DNA from: Anthoceros angustus
Taxonomy: Eukaryota > Plantae > Anthocerotophyta
Direction of reading: 5' to 3'
Length of the DNA: 64,000 nt
Assembly (NCBI GenBank): GCA_010909165.1
Contig: MU008185.1
Coordinates: 620,001 to 684,000, forward strand
Positions 61,868 to 64,000 of this stretch are shown here, piece by piece. A model generated the notes under the pieces. It saw only the letters and a program-made list of their open reading frames with translations, was not told the origin of the DNA and made no database searches. Made by a program: the position numbers and the translations under genes. Each line of letters begins with the position of its first letter. Within the stretch, counting starts at the first letter, position 1.

Positions 61868-62622
61868 GTGTGGGATGTCGCTCGCATCCGACCCGGCAAG
61901 CGCGTGGGTCCGAACCTGCCCCGGTGCCGCATGTATGGCTGGCTACGTGCGACGGCAGCGACGCGACACCACGGCCCGGCCACGCGCACCCACACTCCAA
62001 TTCCACGCTGCTCGGATCAAGGCGAGCCCGCGCATTGCAGCGATCTGGCCCAAATTCAGGCAGCGGAAGCTCCCGCCCCCTCCCCCGGCTACCTACAGCT
62101 GCCGCGAAGCTTCCGATGGATCGCGCGAGGCGGGCGGCACACGACAGGGCCAAGCTTGGCTTCACAGTCGCGTCGAGCCCAGTCGCCTGGCTGCAGCCTG
62201 GGAGGCGCTGCAACGCACGCTAGGGCTTGCCCGCGTACAAGAGGATGGGCACCAGGCCTAGAGCTCCCTACGGTCCCCACTCAGGTTCCTCCACAGATCG
62301 AGAGGATATAGTGTTGCGCGCCGCGATGCACTCCAGGTGGCGCCTCGAGTGCTGCGTCAGTTCGGGATTCTGGAATCCCGTCTCCGCATTGCGCGTCTCT
62401 GCTCTGTTTCATTACGTTAACGGCGAGGCGATCACTTCTCATTCCTACACGCGATTCTGTTATCCTGCAGTTTGGTTAGATTAGGGTTTGAGCGCACACC
62501 GGGTTTACGGGAAAGTGCATGTTGCTGCTGTTCTTGTGCCGTCAACGGCGCAGGGATCGAGGCGCGAATCGCGATGCGCGCCTCCGGTTAGACTGTTAGT
62601 CCAGGTTGGCGGCGGGAAGACC

Positions 62623-63425
62623 ATGGCGGCCGCAGCACCCTCGTCGCTCTTACGCTCCTCCTTCTTCGCGCTTCTGCTGCTGGCGCCGCTGCTGCTCCGC
62701 CTGCCTCGCTGCATGGCAGCCGCCGACGCCAGCTTTGCTTCACATGTGAGAAGACTCTCTCCGCCGCATGCATTGCTCTACTCTGCCTGCAACCTTCGCT
62801 TCTTCGGATCGCGTGTTCTTACAAGGAAGGCAATTTGCCATTTTCTTAGACCCGCTGTTTGCTGCCTGTCTCGCGTATGCGTGTAATGGAGGCATTTGCC
62901 TTTTCTCAGACTAGGTACTCGGTAATTGCTGCTTCAGCAGTGTGCTCACTTCCGCATGTCTCTCCTGTTCGTAACATGGAGGCAATTTGCCCTTTTCTTA
63001 GACTCGCTGCTTGCTGCCTGTCCTTATTGCATGTCTCGACTATTGGTACTAAGGAGGCAATGCTTTCAGCCTGTTGCATTTTCCTGTGTGCTGACTGCCG
63101 CATGTCTCGCCTGTTCGCACTACGGAGGCAATTTGCCATTTTCTTAGACGCGCTGCTCGCTGTCTGCCTGCTGAGAGCTTTCGGAGTGCCGCTCCGTAGC
63201 TCTTAACCGGCTGGCGGATGTTGTGTTCAGGGTGTGGAGCGAAGGAGGACAATTGAGTCTGAGATGCGGGGTCTGAAGAGTGCTCACGGTAGACCTGGCT
63301 CCAAACCACCTCAATGCCACGACGAGTGCAGGAATTGCCGCGGGGAGTGCAGCGCAAAGCCTGTCTATTTGGACAGAAACAGCGCTCACGGCCACGCTGT
63401 TTGGACCTGTACTTGTCTCTACTAG
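62623..63425 (+). CDS. EPF/EPFL secreted cysteine-rich peptide; exons 62623-62745 and 63231-63425
   Basis: Signal peptide, phase-0 GT-AG intron and PGSKPPQCHDECRNCRGECSAKPV..VWTCTC with 6 Cys. Confidence 0.8.
62824..63170. repeat. Intronic imperfect repeat, 4-5 copies
   Basis: GGAGGCAATTTGCC.TTTTCTTAGAC.CGCTG recurs. Confidence 0.8.
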
Positions 63426-64000
63426 CTGCGATCACGTCCGAGATGTGCCTTGAGGAGCTAGTACTCTACTCCGGAAGAAGTTGGGCGTGTTGACGCCATC
63501 CTGAAGCCGGCATTTCCTTGTTTAGGCCGAACCAATTTTGACAACTCTATATATACCACCTCTTCTATTGCCGTCAAAACTTTGTACATTTTCACTTGTT
63601 TCATAATTTCATGTTTAATATCTTAGGCTTTTCTGGACTACATTTGTCTCTCACTTCCGTGGTTGTTGACTATCGCTTTGCTTGCTGGCATTATCTTGTG
63701 GGGCTGCAACTTGTGCTGTTGACGATTCTGTTCCTTGTGCCGAAGCCGTCTCATCCGGGGGTTGTGGGCCAAATGGATCTTCAATATCAATCTCTTCATA
63801 TTTTTCCTCTGAACATTTTCATAATATTAGTAAGATTTTTTAGATTATAACCTATTAATATCCTGGTTTTCAAAAGCATGCAAATACCAGGCCACGGTAA
63901 AGGAGGATTTAGTTTCGCCTTCAACATTGCAGCTATTTCTTCTGGGGTTGGTCCTTCGTCTGGAACGTCATAAAGAATTAGAAGAAAAGCAAATGATTTG

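Overview
Eukaryotic nuclear DNA from a compact non-seed land-plant genome. A hornwort is the most likely source; this is inferred from short introns, roughly balanced GC in genes and a GRP-ending DYW:KP PPR gene. About 16 protein genes are supported: a small conserved plant protein, WD40, FNR-like pKIWI502, rubredoxin-like, NAA25, RUVBL2, two AVT1-type transporters, OEP40-like, PAC3, an uncharacterised Cys/His-motif protein, PPR-DYW:KP, eIF3d, ABHD18, an NDT-type NAD+ carrier and an EPFL peptide. Three TE-rich islands (~19-30 kb, ~35.7-40.4 kb, ~48-53.7 kb) hold copia, pogo, Harbinger, hAT, CRE-like and an unclassified TIR element. Top observation 1: a ~225-bp tandem repeat upstream of the RUVBL2 CDS is an array of box H/ACA snoRNA genes (4 intact, 2 decayed). 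They show compensatory stem changes and carry two guide pockets matching conserved 25S rRNA uridines, and they lie in the apparent leader of a snoRNP-assembly factor. Top observation 2: a candidate U-to-C editing PPR-DYW:KP(GRP) protein carries an N-terminal OSB-type PDF ssDNA-binding motif. All homology calls come from motif recognition only; no searches were run.
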